The notes beneath the pieces were generated by a model. It had not been told where the DNA came from and made no database searches. It saw nothing but the letters and a program-made list of their open reading frames with translations. DNA of 64,000 nt from an uncultured Candidatus Saccharibacteria bacterium (GTDB taxonomy: Bacteria > Patescibacteriota > Minisyncoccia > Minisyncoccales > CAYTKG01), in assembly GCA_964401285.1 (NCBI GenBank), contig CAYNXY010000001.1, positions 3,342-67,341 of the forward strand. The letters run 5' to 3'. A program made the position numbers and the translations under genes. Positions 20,679 to 28,770 of the stretch are shown one piece after another (position 1 is the first letter of the stretch; each line of letters begins with the position of its first letter).

Positions 20679-21656
20679 ATGAAAGTTTTCAGCGGAGTCC
20701 GGCCCACAGGTAATATACACATCGGAAATTACCTTGGGGCCATAAAAAACTGGGTTGAGCTTCAAAAAAAACACGACTGTGTATTTTGCATTGTTGATTG
20801 GCATGCTCTTACGACCCCCTACGACCCGGAAAAACTGGACGATTATATCGAAGAGACAGCCCTGGCTTATCTGGGAGCCGGGATCAACCCTGAAAAAAGC
20901 ATCTTTTTCCTTCAATCCCAAGTTAAAGAACATTTAGAGCTCACTTGGCTTTTAGGCACGATCACTCCTGTTGGGGAACTTACAAGAATGACTCAGTACA
21001 AAGAGAAATCAGAAGAACTTGAAAGCCCGAAAGCAGGGCTTCTGAATTACCCCGTTCTCATGGCGGCTGACATTCTTCTCTACGACGCGGAAGGAGTACC
21101 TGTTGGAGAAGACCAGGTTCAACACGTAGAACTGACTAGAACTCTGGCCCGCAAGTTCAACAGTAGGTTCGGGAAAACACTTAGAGTCCCCAAGGCGCTC
21201 ACTCCCGAAATAGGAGCAAGGATTATGTCTCTTTCGAACCCTGAAAAAAAGATGTCCAAAAGCGGTGACCCTAAGGGCTGCATCGGTCTTTTTGAAAAAC
21301 CCGACTCCATCAAAGAAAAAGTTATGAGTGCAGTAACAGACCCCGGGCGGGAAATAAAATACAACCCAGAGAAAAAACCGGGCATCTCCAACCTAATTAC
21401 AATCTATGCCCTATTCAATAATGAAAAAATTGAAGGGGTGGAGAAAAAATTCCAAAAAGCAAACTACTCTGAATTCAAAGAAAGCTTAAACACTCTTCTT
21501 GTTGATTCTCTTGCCAAATTCAGAAAAATAAAAGAAGAAACAACAACGGAAGAAATAAAAAACACCCTCAGAAAGGGTGGCAAAAAAGCTCGCACTCTAG
21601 CCCAAAATAAAATGAGGGAAGTAAAGGGTAAAATGGGGCTTACTTGGCCTTCTTAA
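20679..21656 (+). CDS. trpS: Tryptophan--tRNA ligase
   Basis: Class I HIGH-like (TGNIHIGNYLG) and KMSKS (KMSKSGDPKG); 325 aa. Confidence 0.9.
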   Translation: MKVFSGVRPTGNIHIGNYLGAIKNWVELQKKHDCVFCIVDWHALTTPYDPEKLDDYIEETALAYLGAGINPEKSIFFLQSQVKEHLELTWLLGTITPVGELTRMTQYKEKSEELESPKAGLLNYPVLMAADILLYDAEGVPVGEDQVQHVELTRTLARKFNSRFGKTLRVPKALTPEIGARIMSLSNPEKKMSKSGDPKGCIGLFEKPDSIKEKVMSAVTDPGREIKYNPEKKPGISNLITIYALFNNEKIEGVEKKFQKANYSEFKESLNTLLVDSLAKFRKIKEETTTEEIKNTLRKGGKKARTLAQNKMREVKGKMGLTWPS

Positions 21657-23001
21657 TAAGAGTACTTACTTCTTCTTTTTTCTCTTCTAGTAATTCTTGA
21701 GATTTGGCTTCCATATTCAGACGAAGCAACGGCTCAGATTGGGAGGGACGAAGATTAAAGTGCCACTTCGGGAAGGAGACGCTTAACCCGTCTATTTTTT
21801 CTATTTTGCAGTCCTTATTTTTATAAAAATCTTCCACCGCCCCTAGAATAACTTTAGCTTCTTTTTTCCCATCAATCTCGAAGTTAGTTTCAGGAAGAAT
21901 ACAATATTCTTTTCTCAACCTGTCTAAATATTCTTCCAGCGGCTCCTCCATCTCTTCTATCGCTTCTAAAAAGTAAAGAGAAGCCAAGAGGCCGTCGTCA
22001 AGATAATAAAAGTCCCTGAACACGTAGTGGCCGGAGGTTTCACTTCCAAATACAGCATCCACCTCTTTCATCTTCTTTTTGATCTCGGGGTGCCATGTTT
22101 TCGACTTCACTACCTCTCCTCCCGCTTTTTTAATCTCGTCATCAACAACCCCCGATGTTCTTATATCTACCACAATCCTTTTCTCTTTCTTCTTTTTTAA
22201 AAGATGCTTCCCAATGATAAGAGAAATAAAACTGGGGTCGATCACCTCACCTTTGCTGTCCAGGGCATAAAACCGGTCTCCATCACCATCCCATAAAAAC
22301 CCAAGGTCTGCCTTTTCCTCTTTAACACTGGCTACAGCAAACCTTCTATTTTCTTTAATCTTCGGGTTTGCTTCGTGGTTCGGGAAAGAGCAATCCGTTT
22401 CCCAAAAAAGAGGTATTTTTTTAATTTCACTATCCTTAAAAATTTCTTCAAGATAAAGCCCCGTCATACCATTACCTGCGTCCATCACCACCTTCACGTC
22501 GGGCAATACGTTTACTTTACCTTTAAGCTCTTTGATGTAAGGAGCACGGACTTCTTTCTCGACTACCTCCCCTTCCTCTTTGCGGAAATCAACCTTTCCG
22601 TTTTCGATCATTTCTTTAATCTTATCGAGTACCTCTTTTCTGCCAAGAGGAACTGCCTTCTCGCCTACAATCTTTAATCCGTTATACTCTTCAGAAAGAT
22701 GAGAAGCAGTAACAAAAATTCCACCGTCACATTTAAAATGAACAACAGAAAAATAAAAAGCGGGGGTTGAAGCAAGGTCAATATCAATAACCTTCTTTCC
22801 GGTTTCCTTAAGCCCCCGCACCAGGGACTCTTTAAGGCCAGAGGAAGAAGATCGGGCATCCCTTCCTACAACTATCTTTTTCTTATCTTTGTAAAACAAA
22901 CCGAAAGCACGGGCCACAAGATAAACCGTTCTTTCATTTATGTCTTGAGGAAAATGCCCTCTTACATCGTATTTTTTAAATATATCCGGATTTATTCTCA
23001 T
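21640..23001 (-). CDS. Phosphomannomutase/phosphoglucomutase (alpha-D-phosphohexomutase family). The start is trimmed to the internal Met, since the ORF-track start at 23076 would overlap ychF divergently by 34 nt.
   Basis: Active-site loop TASHLSEEYNGLK (a variant of TASHNP.EYNG), metal-binding DGDGDR and sugar-binding GSETSGHYVF. The MRINPDIFKKYDVRG start matches the family N-terminus. Confidence 0.8.
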   Translation of the reverse strand: MRINPDIFKKYDVRGHFPQDINERTVYLVARAFGLFYKDKKKIVVGRDARSSSSGLKESLVRGLKETGKKVIDIDLASTPAFYFSVVHFKCDGGIFVTASHLSEEYNGLKIVGEKAVPLGRKEVLDKIKEMIENGKVDFRKEEGEVVEKEVRAPYIKELKGKVNVLPDVKVVMDAGNGMTGLYLEEIFKDSEIKKIPLFWETDCSFPNHEANPKIKENRRFAVASVKEEKADLGFLWDGDGDRFYALDSKGEVIDPSFISLIIGKHLLKKKKEKRIVVDIRTSGVVDDEIKKAGGEVVKSKTWHPEIKKKMKEVDAVFGSETSGHYVFRDFYYLDDGLLASLYFLEAIEEMEEPLEEYLDRLRKEYCILPETNFEIDGKKEAKVILGAVEDFYKNKDCKIEKIDGLSVSFPKWHFNLRPSQSEPLLRLNMEAKSQELLEEKKEEVSTLIKKAK

Positions 23002-23042
23002 TTCTACTTGAATTAGTAACAAGTTTATTATAGCATAATTTA

Positions 23043-24071
23043 ATGGCTTTTTCAGTTGGTTTAATTGGCTTTCCAAATGCTGGAAAGTCCACTTTATTTA
23101 AAGCGCTCACCAAAAGAGAGGTCCGCATTGAACCTCGGCCTTTTAGTACAGTGGAGCCAAACGTCGGGGTTGTCCCCGTACCGGACGAGCGTTTTGAAAG
23201 AATTACAAAAATCGTAAACCCGGGGAAGAAAACCCCGGCCACAATAGAATTTTGGGATATTGCCGGCTTGGTAAAAGAAGCGCACAAAGGCGAAGGGTTG
23301 GGAAACCAGTTCCTTGCTCAAATAAGAAACTGTTCCGCTTTGGTAGAAGTTATAAGATGTTTTGAAAGCAAAAACGTAGCCCACGTTGAAACAAGCGTTG
23401 ACCCCGAAAGAGACCTGGAAATCATAAAAACTGAACTTGTCATGAAGGACTTACAAACCGTAAACAACGCTTTATCCAAAATAGAGAACGAAAAAAGCAA
23501 TAAAAAAAATCCAGAAAGAAAAGCCATTCTTAAAAAAATCCAAAACACCTTAGAGAGAGGAAAAAGTATTTCCGAGATAAAGATTGAAAACAAAGAGCTT
23601 ATAAAAGAATATCAATTCCTTACTCAAAAACCGATTGTCTATCTTTTAAACACTGACGATGAAAACGCGGTTTTTAGAAAAAAGGTATCTCCAGTTCTTC
23701 GAGCCAATTTGCAGATTGAAGCAGAAATGACAGAGCTTTCTCCAAAAGAAAAGGAAGAACTGGGGCTTAAAAGTATTTTGCCCAAACTCATTACCTCTTG
23801 CCACAAAGTATTAGATTTGATAACATTTTACACGATAAAAGGAGGGGAAGAAGCACGAGCTTGGCCTCTAAAAAAGGGACAAACAGTAATTGAGGCCGCG
23901 GATAAGGTTCATTCTGACTTTAAAGAAAACTTCATACGGGCCGAGGTTATAAGTGGAGAAAAGTTAATAGCGCTCGGCGGGTGGACAGAAGCAAAAAATG
24001 AAGGTCAGATTAAAACTGCCGGTCGGGATTATATTGTAAAAGACGGAGACATAATAGAATTTAAAATATGA
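23043..24071 (+). CDS. ychF: Ribosome-binding ATPase YchF (Obg family GTPase with TGS domain)
   Basis: G1 GLIGFPNAGKSTLF, G3 DIAGLV and a C-terminal TGS (FYTIKGGEEARAWPLKKGQTVIEAADKVHSDFKENFIRAEVI). Confidence 0.9.
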   Translation: MAFSVGLIGFPNAGKSTLFKALTKREVRIEPRPFSTVEPNVGVVPVPDERFERITKIVNPGKKTPATIEFWDIAGLVKEAHKGEGLGNQFLAQIRNCSALVEVIRCFESKNVAHVETSVDPERDLEIIKTELVMKDLQTVNNALSKIENEKSNKKNPERKAILKKIQNTLERGKSISEIKIENKELIKEYQFLTQKPIVYLLNTDDENAVFRKKVSPVLRANLQIEAEMTELSPKEKEELGLKSILPKLITSCHKVLDLITFYTIKGGEEARAWPLKKGQTVIEAADKVHSDFKENFIRAEVISGEKLIALGGWTEAKNEGQIKTAGRDYIVKDGDIIEFKI

Positions 24072-24484
24072 AACTATACAAACTAAACTATCTAGCGCCA
24101 TCCAGTTTAAAAACCAAAAAGGTACAACAGTTATCCTTAGAAATTGAGTCACTCATCCAGGAGCAGGGCGGGATTCTTACCCAGGAAAGGAAAAAAGAAA
24201 AAATAAATTTAGGACAACCGATTGAAGAAAAGAAGGATGCTCTTCTTTTTACCCTTAAATTCCAAATAGACCCGAAGGCTGTAAATTCTATCCGTGAAAA
24301 AGTAGAAGAAATGCCTGATGTTTTAAGAGTAATGCTAGAAAAAGCAAAAACAAGAAAAACCAGGAAAAAAAGAAAATCTTTCAAGAAAAAGACTACTCCA
24401 ACTAAAAAAGAAGAAAGTAAAGCAAAGGTCGAGTTGAAAAAAATAGAAGAAAAACTAGACCAAATACTCGACGAAGAAGATTAA
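24068..24484 (+). CDS. rpsF: 30S ribosomal protein S6 with a Lys-rich C-terminal extension
   Basis: It occupies the first position of the conserved rpsF-ssb-rpsR cluster. The S6-like core (MKLYKLNYL...VLRVMLEK) is followed by a KKRK-rich tail. Confidence 0.65.
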   Translation: MKLYKLNYLAPSSLKTKKVQQLSLEIESLIQEQGGILTQERKKEKINLGQPIEEKKDALLFTLKFQIDPKAVNSIREKVEEMPDVLRVMLEKAKTRKTRKKRKSFKKKTTPTKKEESKAKVELKKIEEKLDQILDEED

Positions 24485-24485
24485 T

Positions 24486-24956
24486 ATGAATTTCAATAAG
24501 GTCATCATTTTAGGGCGTCTTACTCAAGAGCCGGAACTGCGGAATACTTCTTCCGGTACTCCTGTCTGCTCTTTCGGAGTAGCCACCAACAGGGTCTGGA
24601 AAGACAGAGAAAGCGGTGAACAAGAAAGAAGCACCGAGTTTCACAATGTAGTCGCCTGGCGTAACTTAGCAGAAATAGTTTCTCGTTACCTTAAAAAAGG
24701 TTCCTTGATATTGGTAGAAGGCCGGCTGCAAACAAGAAGTTGGGAGGACTCTTCAGGCAACCAAAGAAAAACAACTGAAATCGTAGCAGAAAACATACAG
24801 CTTCCGCCTAAAAACATGAATCAGGGTAAAGCCCGGCCAACCCGGAAACCACAACGGCAAAAAAGCACGCGGGAACAAGACATCCCGGTTATCGAAGAAG
24901 AAGAAATTGAAGAAGGAGATGAAGAGGAAATAAAAGTGGAAGATATACCTTTCTAG
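24486..24956 (+). CDS. ssb: Single-stranded DNA-binding protein
   Basis: OB-fold (KVIILGRLTQEPELRNTSSGTPVCSFGVATNRVWKDRESGE...FHNVVAWRNLAEIV), an acidic C-terminal tail and a final DIPF. Confidence 0.9.
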   Translation: MNFNKVIILGRLTQEPELRNTSSGTPVCSFGVATNRVWKDRESGEQERSTEFHNVVAWRNLAEIVSRYLKKGSLILVEGRLQTRSWEDSSGNQRKTTEIVAENIQLPPKNMNQGKARPTRKPQRQKSTREQDIPVIEEEEIEEGDEEEIKVEDIPF

Positions 24957-25082
24957 CTAACGCTTGGAAGTATTTAATTAAAATAAACTACCCTCTTTCG
25001 CTAAAACTACGGAGGAGATTCTTTTTTATGCTCAATTATTTTCAAGGCATCATCCGTAGTTCTTAAGCGAAGTGGAAAAAGA

Positions 25083-25292
25083 ATGGATTGTTATTTTTGC
25101 AAAAGAAACATAAATGAAGTCGACTGGGAAAATGTAGACCTGTTACGCAGGTTTATTACCAGCTTGGGTAAAATCAGAAAAAGGGAAAAAACAGGGCTTT
25201 GCGCCAAACATCAACGCCGAGCAAGCAAAGCTATAAAGAGAGCCCGGCACATGGGGCTCCTCTCCCCTACTTCAAAGTACCCGGAAGAATAA
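25083..25292 (+). CDS. rpsR: 30S ribosomal protein S18
   Basis: CYFCK...VDWENVDLLRRFITSLGKIRKREKTGLCAKHQRRASKAIKRARHMGLL. Confidence 0.9.
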   Translation: MDCYFCKRNINEVDWENVDLLRRFITSLGKIRKREKTGLCAKHQRRASKAIKRARHMGLLSPTSKYPEE

Positions 25293-25302
25293 AGAATTAA
25301 AA

Positions 25303-25330
25303 AATCCGCCGTCCGGCGGTTTTTTTATTT
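25303..25330 (+). terminator. Rho-independent terminator after rpsR (CCGCCGTCCGGCGG plus T-tract)
   Basis: AAAAAATCCGCCG-TC-CGGCGGTTTTTTTATTTTT. It is flanked by A-run and T-run, so it may act bidirectionally. Confidence 0.8.
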
Positions 25331-25365
25331 TTATTTAATAGCGTATTGCTCTCGCTTTTATCTTT

Positions 25366-25390
25366 AAAAACCCGTCCTAAACGGGTTTTC
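25366..25390 (-). terminator. Rho-independent terminator of recA
   Basis: Minus-strand reading AACCCGT-TTAGG-ACGGGTT plus TTTTTAAAG, 14 nt downstream of the recA stop. Confidence 0.65.
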
Positions 25391-25403
25391 CAAATAAAAA
25401 GGT

Positions 25404-26444
25404 TTAATCTTCTTCGTCTTCTTCGTCTTCTTCGTCTTCTCTTTTTTCTTTTTCTTTTACTTCCTCCATTATCTTCTTTCTTATGGTCTTTCGCATCTTT
25501 TCATTCTTTCTTAATTTATTTTTTGCTTTTTCCATGCCTTGACCCAGTTTTTCTTCACCGAAGTAATACCAAGCACCTTTTCTCTCCACTACCCCCTGGT
25601 CCGCCCCCGCTCTTATAAGGTCCGCTTCTTCAGAAATACCTTCATTGTAATAAATATCAAACTCAGCTGTTTTAAAAGGGGCAGCAACCTTGTTTTTAAC
25701 AACTTTGGCTTTTACTCTATTGCCGATAATTCTATCTTTCGACTTGATCTTGGCTCTCCTGCCTAATCTGATTCTTACCGAAGAATAAAATTTAAGAGCA
25801 ACTCCACCTGAAGTTGTTTCTGGGTTACCATAAGAGGAAACTTTCATCCGGGTTTGGTTAAGAAAAATAACAGAGGTGTTTTGCTTAGAAACAATACTGG
25901 CTAGTTTACGCAGCGCCTGGCTCATCATTCTTGCTTGAAGACCAATTTGGAAATTACCTATTTCCCCTTCTATCTCCCCCTTGGGGGTTAGAGCCGCCAC
26001 CGAGTCAATTGCTATAACATCCACCCCGCCCGATTTGGTCAAGGTTTCTACAATCTGGAGCGCTTCGTCTCCTGAGCTCGGTTGGGAAATAAAAAGATCA
26101 TCTACATTAACCCCTATCTTTTTAGCATAAGCAGGGTCTAAGGCGTGTTCTGCGTCCACAAAAGCGGCTGTACCGCCTTCTTTTTGTGCCTCTGCCACAA
26201 TATGAAGTGCCAATGTAGTTTTTCCCGTTGCTTCCGGGCCATAAATTTCTATCACTCTCCCGCGAGGCACCCCTCCAACTCCTAAAGCAAGGTCCAGCGA
26301 GATAGAACCGGTAGAAATTGCATCAACATCAGAAGCTCTGGCTTCCTTAAGTTTCATTATAGCTCCCTCTCCGAACCTTTCCTTTATCTGGTCAATTGTT
26401 TCCTTGAGTTTTTCGTCTTTTTCCGTCTTCTTTTTCTTAGCCAT
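25404..26444 (-). CDS. recA: Recombinase RecA
   Basis: Walker [14 protein letters not shown]1/L2 loops and an acidic C-terminus [11 protein letters not shown]. Confidence 0.95.
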   Translation of the reverse strand: MAKKKKTEKDEKLKETIDQIKERFGEGAIMKLKEARASDVDAISTGSISLDLALGVGGVPRGRVIEIYGPEATGKTTLALHIVAEAQKEGGTAAFVDAEHALDPAYAKKIGVNVDDLFISQPSSGDEALQIVETLTKSGGVDVIAIDSVAALTPKGEIEGEIGNFQIGLQARMMSQALRKLASIVSKQNTSVIFLNQTRMKVSSYGNPETTSGGVALKFYSSVRIRLGRRAKIKSKDRIIGNRVKAKVVKNKVAAPFKTAEFDIYYNEGISEEADLIRAGADQGVVERKGAWYYFGEEKLGQGMEKAKNKLRKNEKMRKTIRKKIMEEVKEKEKREDEEDEEDEED

Positions 26445-26550
26445 GTTATTTCATTTTAACACAATCTCTTCTTTATATCTATACTCCTTTTTCTCCCAAG
26501 TATTTTTCCACAGGTTTTCCACAACCCCAATAAATTTTTGAACCTAAACG

Positions 26551-26579
26551 AGATGTGCAATACCAGGTGTTGCACATCT
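26551..26579. repeat. Dispersed palindromic element, copy 1 (AGATGTGCAATACCAGGTGTTGCACATCT)
   Basis: 10-bp perfect inverted arms AGATGTGCAA/TTGCACATCT around TACCAGGTG. It lies between ftsK (stop 26590) and recA (start 26444). Closely related copies are at 39441-39465 and 61434-61458. Confidence 0.8.
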
Positions 26580-26589
26580 TTGCATATTT

Positions 26590-28764
26590 TTATTCGTTGT
26601 TGTCAGGAGGATCGTAAGTGCGAGGGTCATCAATATCACTCAAGTCATCGAGCTCTTCTTCATCCGCTAACACCCTGCGCGCCTTTGAATCACGAGAAGG
26701 CCCTACAATACCCTCAGCTTCTAACATATCAAGGATACGGGCTGCTCTAACATACCCAATCCTCAAGCGACGCTGGAGAAGAGAAGCAGAGCCCTTTTGA
26801 TTGCGAAGCACTATCTTTCTTGCTTTTTCGTAAAGGGGGTCTTTTTTCATCCCGTCTATTGTTTCCACTCCGCTTTCCGTATCTTCCAAAAATTCTTTAA
26901 GTCGCAGTGAAATATCATCTCCGCTGGGAATCGATTCTGCCATTTCCTTTTCTATCCATCCGGCTACTCCTTCCACTTCCCCTTCAGATACAAAAGCACC
27001 CTGGATTCTTCTGGGTTTAACTCTTCTTGGAGAGATAAAAAGCATATCCCCCGCCCCCAAGAGTTTTTCCGCACCGGACATGTCTAAAACTGTTCTTGAG
27101 TCCGTCTGAGTAGGAAGCTGAAAACTAATCCTGGTGGTAATGTTGGCTTTGATAAGCCCCGTAATAACCTCCACCGAAGGCCTTTGAGTCGCTACTACCA
27201 GATGGATGCCCACTGCTCTGGCCATCTGAGCGATACGCACAATTTTATTTTCCAATTCTTTTCCTCGAGCAACCATAAGGTCAGCCAACTCGTCGATAAC
27301 AAGAACAATATAAGGGATCGGTTTTTCTTCTTCGGAGCCCCTCACTTTCTCATTATAAGAATATATATTACGTGAGCCATTGGTAGAAAGAATCTTAAAC
27401 CGTCGTTCCATCTCCTCCACCAGCCAAGTCAAAGTGCCGACCGTCTCCTCCGCATCGGATATAACCGGACACAAAAGATGAGGCAGCCCCTTAAAAACCG
27501 AAAACTCTACTCTCTTGGGGTCTACCAGAATAAAACGAAGTTTATCAGGGCCGCTTTGGTACAAAAGCGATACAATAAAAGAATTGAGAAAAACTGTTTT
27601 CCCTGTTCCGGTTGCTCCGGCCACCAAAAGATGAGGAAGTCGTGCCAAATCATTAAAAACCGGCCGGCCGGCCACGTCTTCTCCCAGAGGAAACCCCAAA
27701 TTATAACCTCCCTCTTTAAATTCTTTCTCCGCTAAAAGTCCTCTAAGCCGCACCAATCCCCTCTTTTTATTGGGTACCTCCACACCAACAAGAGAACGAC
27801 CCGGAATGGGAGCTTCAATACGAACGGGGTGGGCAGCTAAAGCCAAAGCTAGATTATTGGAAAGACCCGTAATTTTTGAAAGGCGCACTCCTTTTGGAGG
27901 CTTGAGGGTATACTGAGTAACCGTCGGCCCTATATTAACCCCCACCATTTTAACGTCGATTTCAAAGTTGTCAAACGTTTTCTTAATTGTTTTCCGCCCC
28001 TTTTCAATATCCCCTGAATCAGGCTCTTGTTTTCTTTCATCCAATAAATCCAAAGGTGGGAGTGAAGGTTGTAAGCTTCCGGTAGAAACCTTAACTTCTT
28101 CTTCCTCCTTTTTCCTTTTTTTCTCTTTTCTTTCTTTTTTTCTTTCAGCTTTATGCTTTTTAGGTTCTACCTCAAGCACTTTGAATTTAGAAGGAGAGAA
28201 AACCCCCTTGAATCTTTCCCTGAAACCTTTTACCTCTTCTTCCTCAAAAAGTGAAATTTCAAAAACATACCAAAGAACAGCCACACATAAGAAAAGTCCA
28301 ATAAGAAAAGAAAGAAAGGCAACAAGCTCTCCAAAAAAGACAACTACCGGTTCCGATATCATCTCACCAAACTCTCCTCCAGTAATGCCCGGAGCTCTCA
28401 TAATAGTTATAATCGCGGAAATACTGCTGATAAAAACAAACCCGAAAAGAACAGCAAGCCATAAAAACCGTTTGGGAGACCAAAGAAAAAACAACCCCCA
28501 CACAGCAAGAAGAAGGGGCAAAAGATATGAGCCGTAACCGAATTGTCGGAATAAAAAAGTATTTAATCTTTCCCCTCCTTTCCCCGCTAGATTAAAAAAC
28601 CCTAAAAACACAATAAGAGCCAAAAGGAATAAAAAGGAACTTATAATGTTCCTTTTAATACGCCCGGGAATATTTAAAAGAGCTTGAAAAAAATTGGAGA
28701 TCAAAACCTTCGCTCCTTTAAAAGCTACAGAGAGAATACTATTTTTCTTTTTTTTGCGTCCCAT
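26590..28764 (-). CDS. ftsK: DNA translocase FtsK/SpoIIIE
   Basis: N-terminal TM helices, Walker A GATGTGKTVFLNS and a winged-helix gamma domain (LYEKARKIVLRNQKGSASLLQRRLRIGYVRAARILDMLE). Confidence 0.9.
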   Translation of the reverse strand: MGRKKKKNSILSVAFKGAKVLISNFFQALLNIPGRIKRNIISSFLFLLALIVFLGFFNLAGKGGERLNTFLFRQFGYGSYLLPLLLAVWGLFFLWSPKRFLWLAVLFGFVFISSISAIITIMRAPGITGGEFGEMISEPVVVFFGELVAFLSFLIGLFLCVAVLWYVFEISLFEEEEVKGFRERFKGVFSPSKFKVLEVEPKKHKAERKKERKEKKRKKEEEEVKVSTGSLQPSLPPLDLLDERKQEPDSGDIEKGRKTIKKTFDNFEIDVKMVGVNIGPTVTQYTLKPPKGVRLSKITGLSNNLALALAAHPVRIEAPIPGRSLVGVEVPNKKRGLVRLRGLLAEKEFKEGGYNLGFPLGEDVAGRPVFNDLARLPHLLVAGATGTGKTVFLNSFIVSLLYQSGPDKLRFILVDPKRVEFSVFKGLPHLLCPVISDAEETVGTLTWLVEEMERRFKILSTNGSRNIYSYNEKVRGSEEEKPIPYIVLVIDELADLMVARGKELENKIVRIAQMARAVGIHLVVATQRPSVEVITGLIKANITTRISFQLPTQTDSRTVLDMSGAEKLLGAGDMLFISPRRVKPRRIQGAFVSEGEVEGVAGWIEKEMAESIPSGDDISLRLKEFLEDTESGVETIDGMKKDPLYEKARKIVLRNQKGSASLLQRRLRIGYVRAARILDMLEAEGIVGPSRDSKARRVLADEEELDDLSDIDDPRTYDPPDNNE

Positions 28765-28770
28765 ATTTTT

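Noticed and set aside
25407-25440. Tandem CTTCTTCGT x3 DNA repeat
   Set aside because: It encodes the acidic DEED-repeat C-terminal tail of RecA (minus strand). It is coding low-complexity, not a regulatory or CRISPR-like repeat.
26551-26579. Palindrome upstream of recA as a LexA/SOS box
   Set aside because: It does not match any described LexA-box family (CTGT-N8-ACAG, GAAC-N4-GTTC, GTTC-N7-GTTC, etc.). The identical element also sits inside energy-metabolism and metal-transport operons, and no lexA gene is in the window.
27968-28537. 189-aa plus-strand ORF inside ftsK, plus similar antisense ORFs inside rpoB (32917..33455, 34212..34785), rpoC (29131..29652), ppsA and gap
   Set aside because: They are fully contained antisense to well-supported conserved genes and show no domain signatures.
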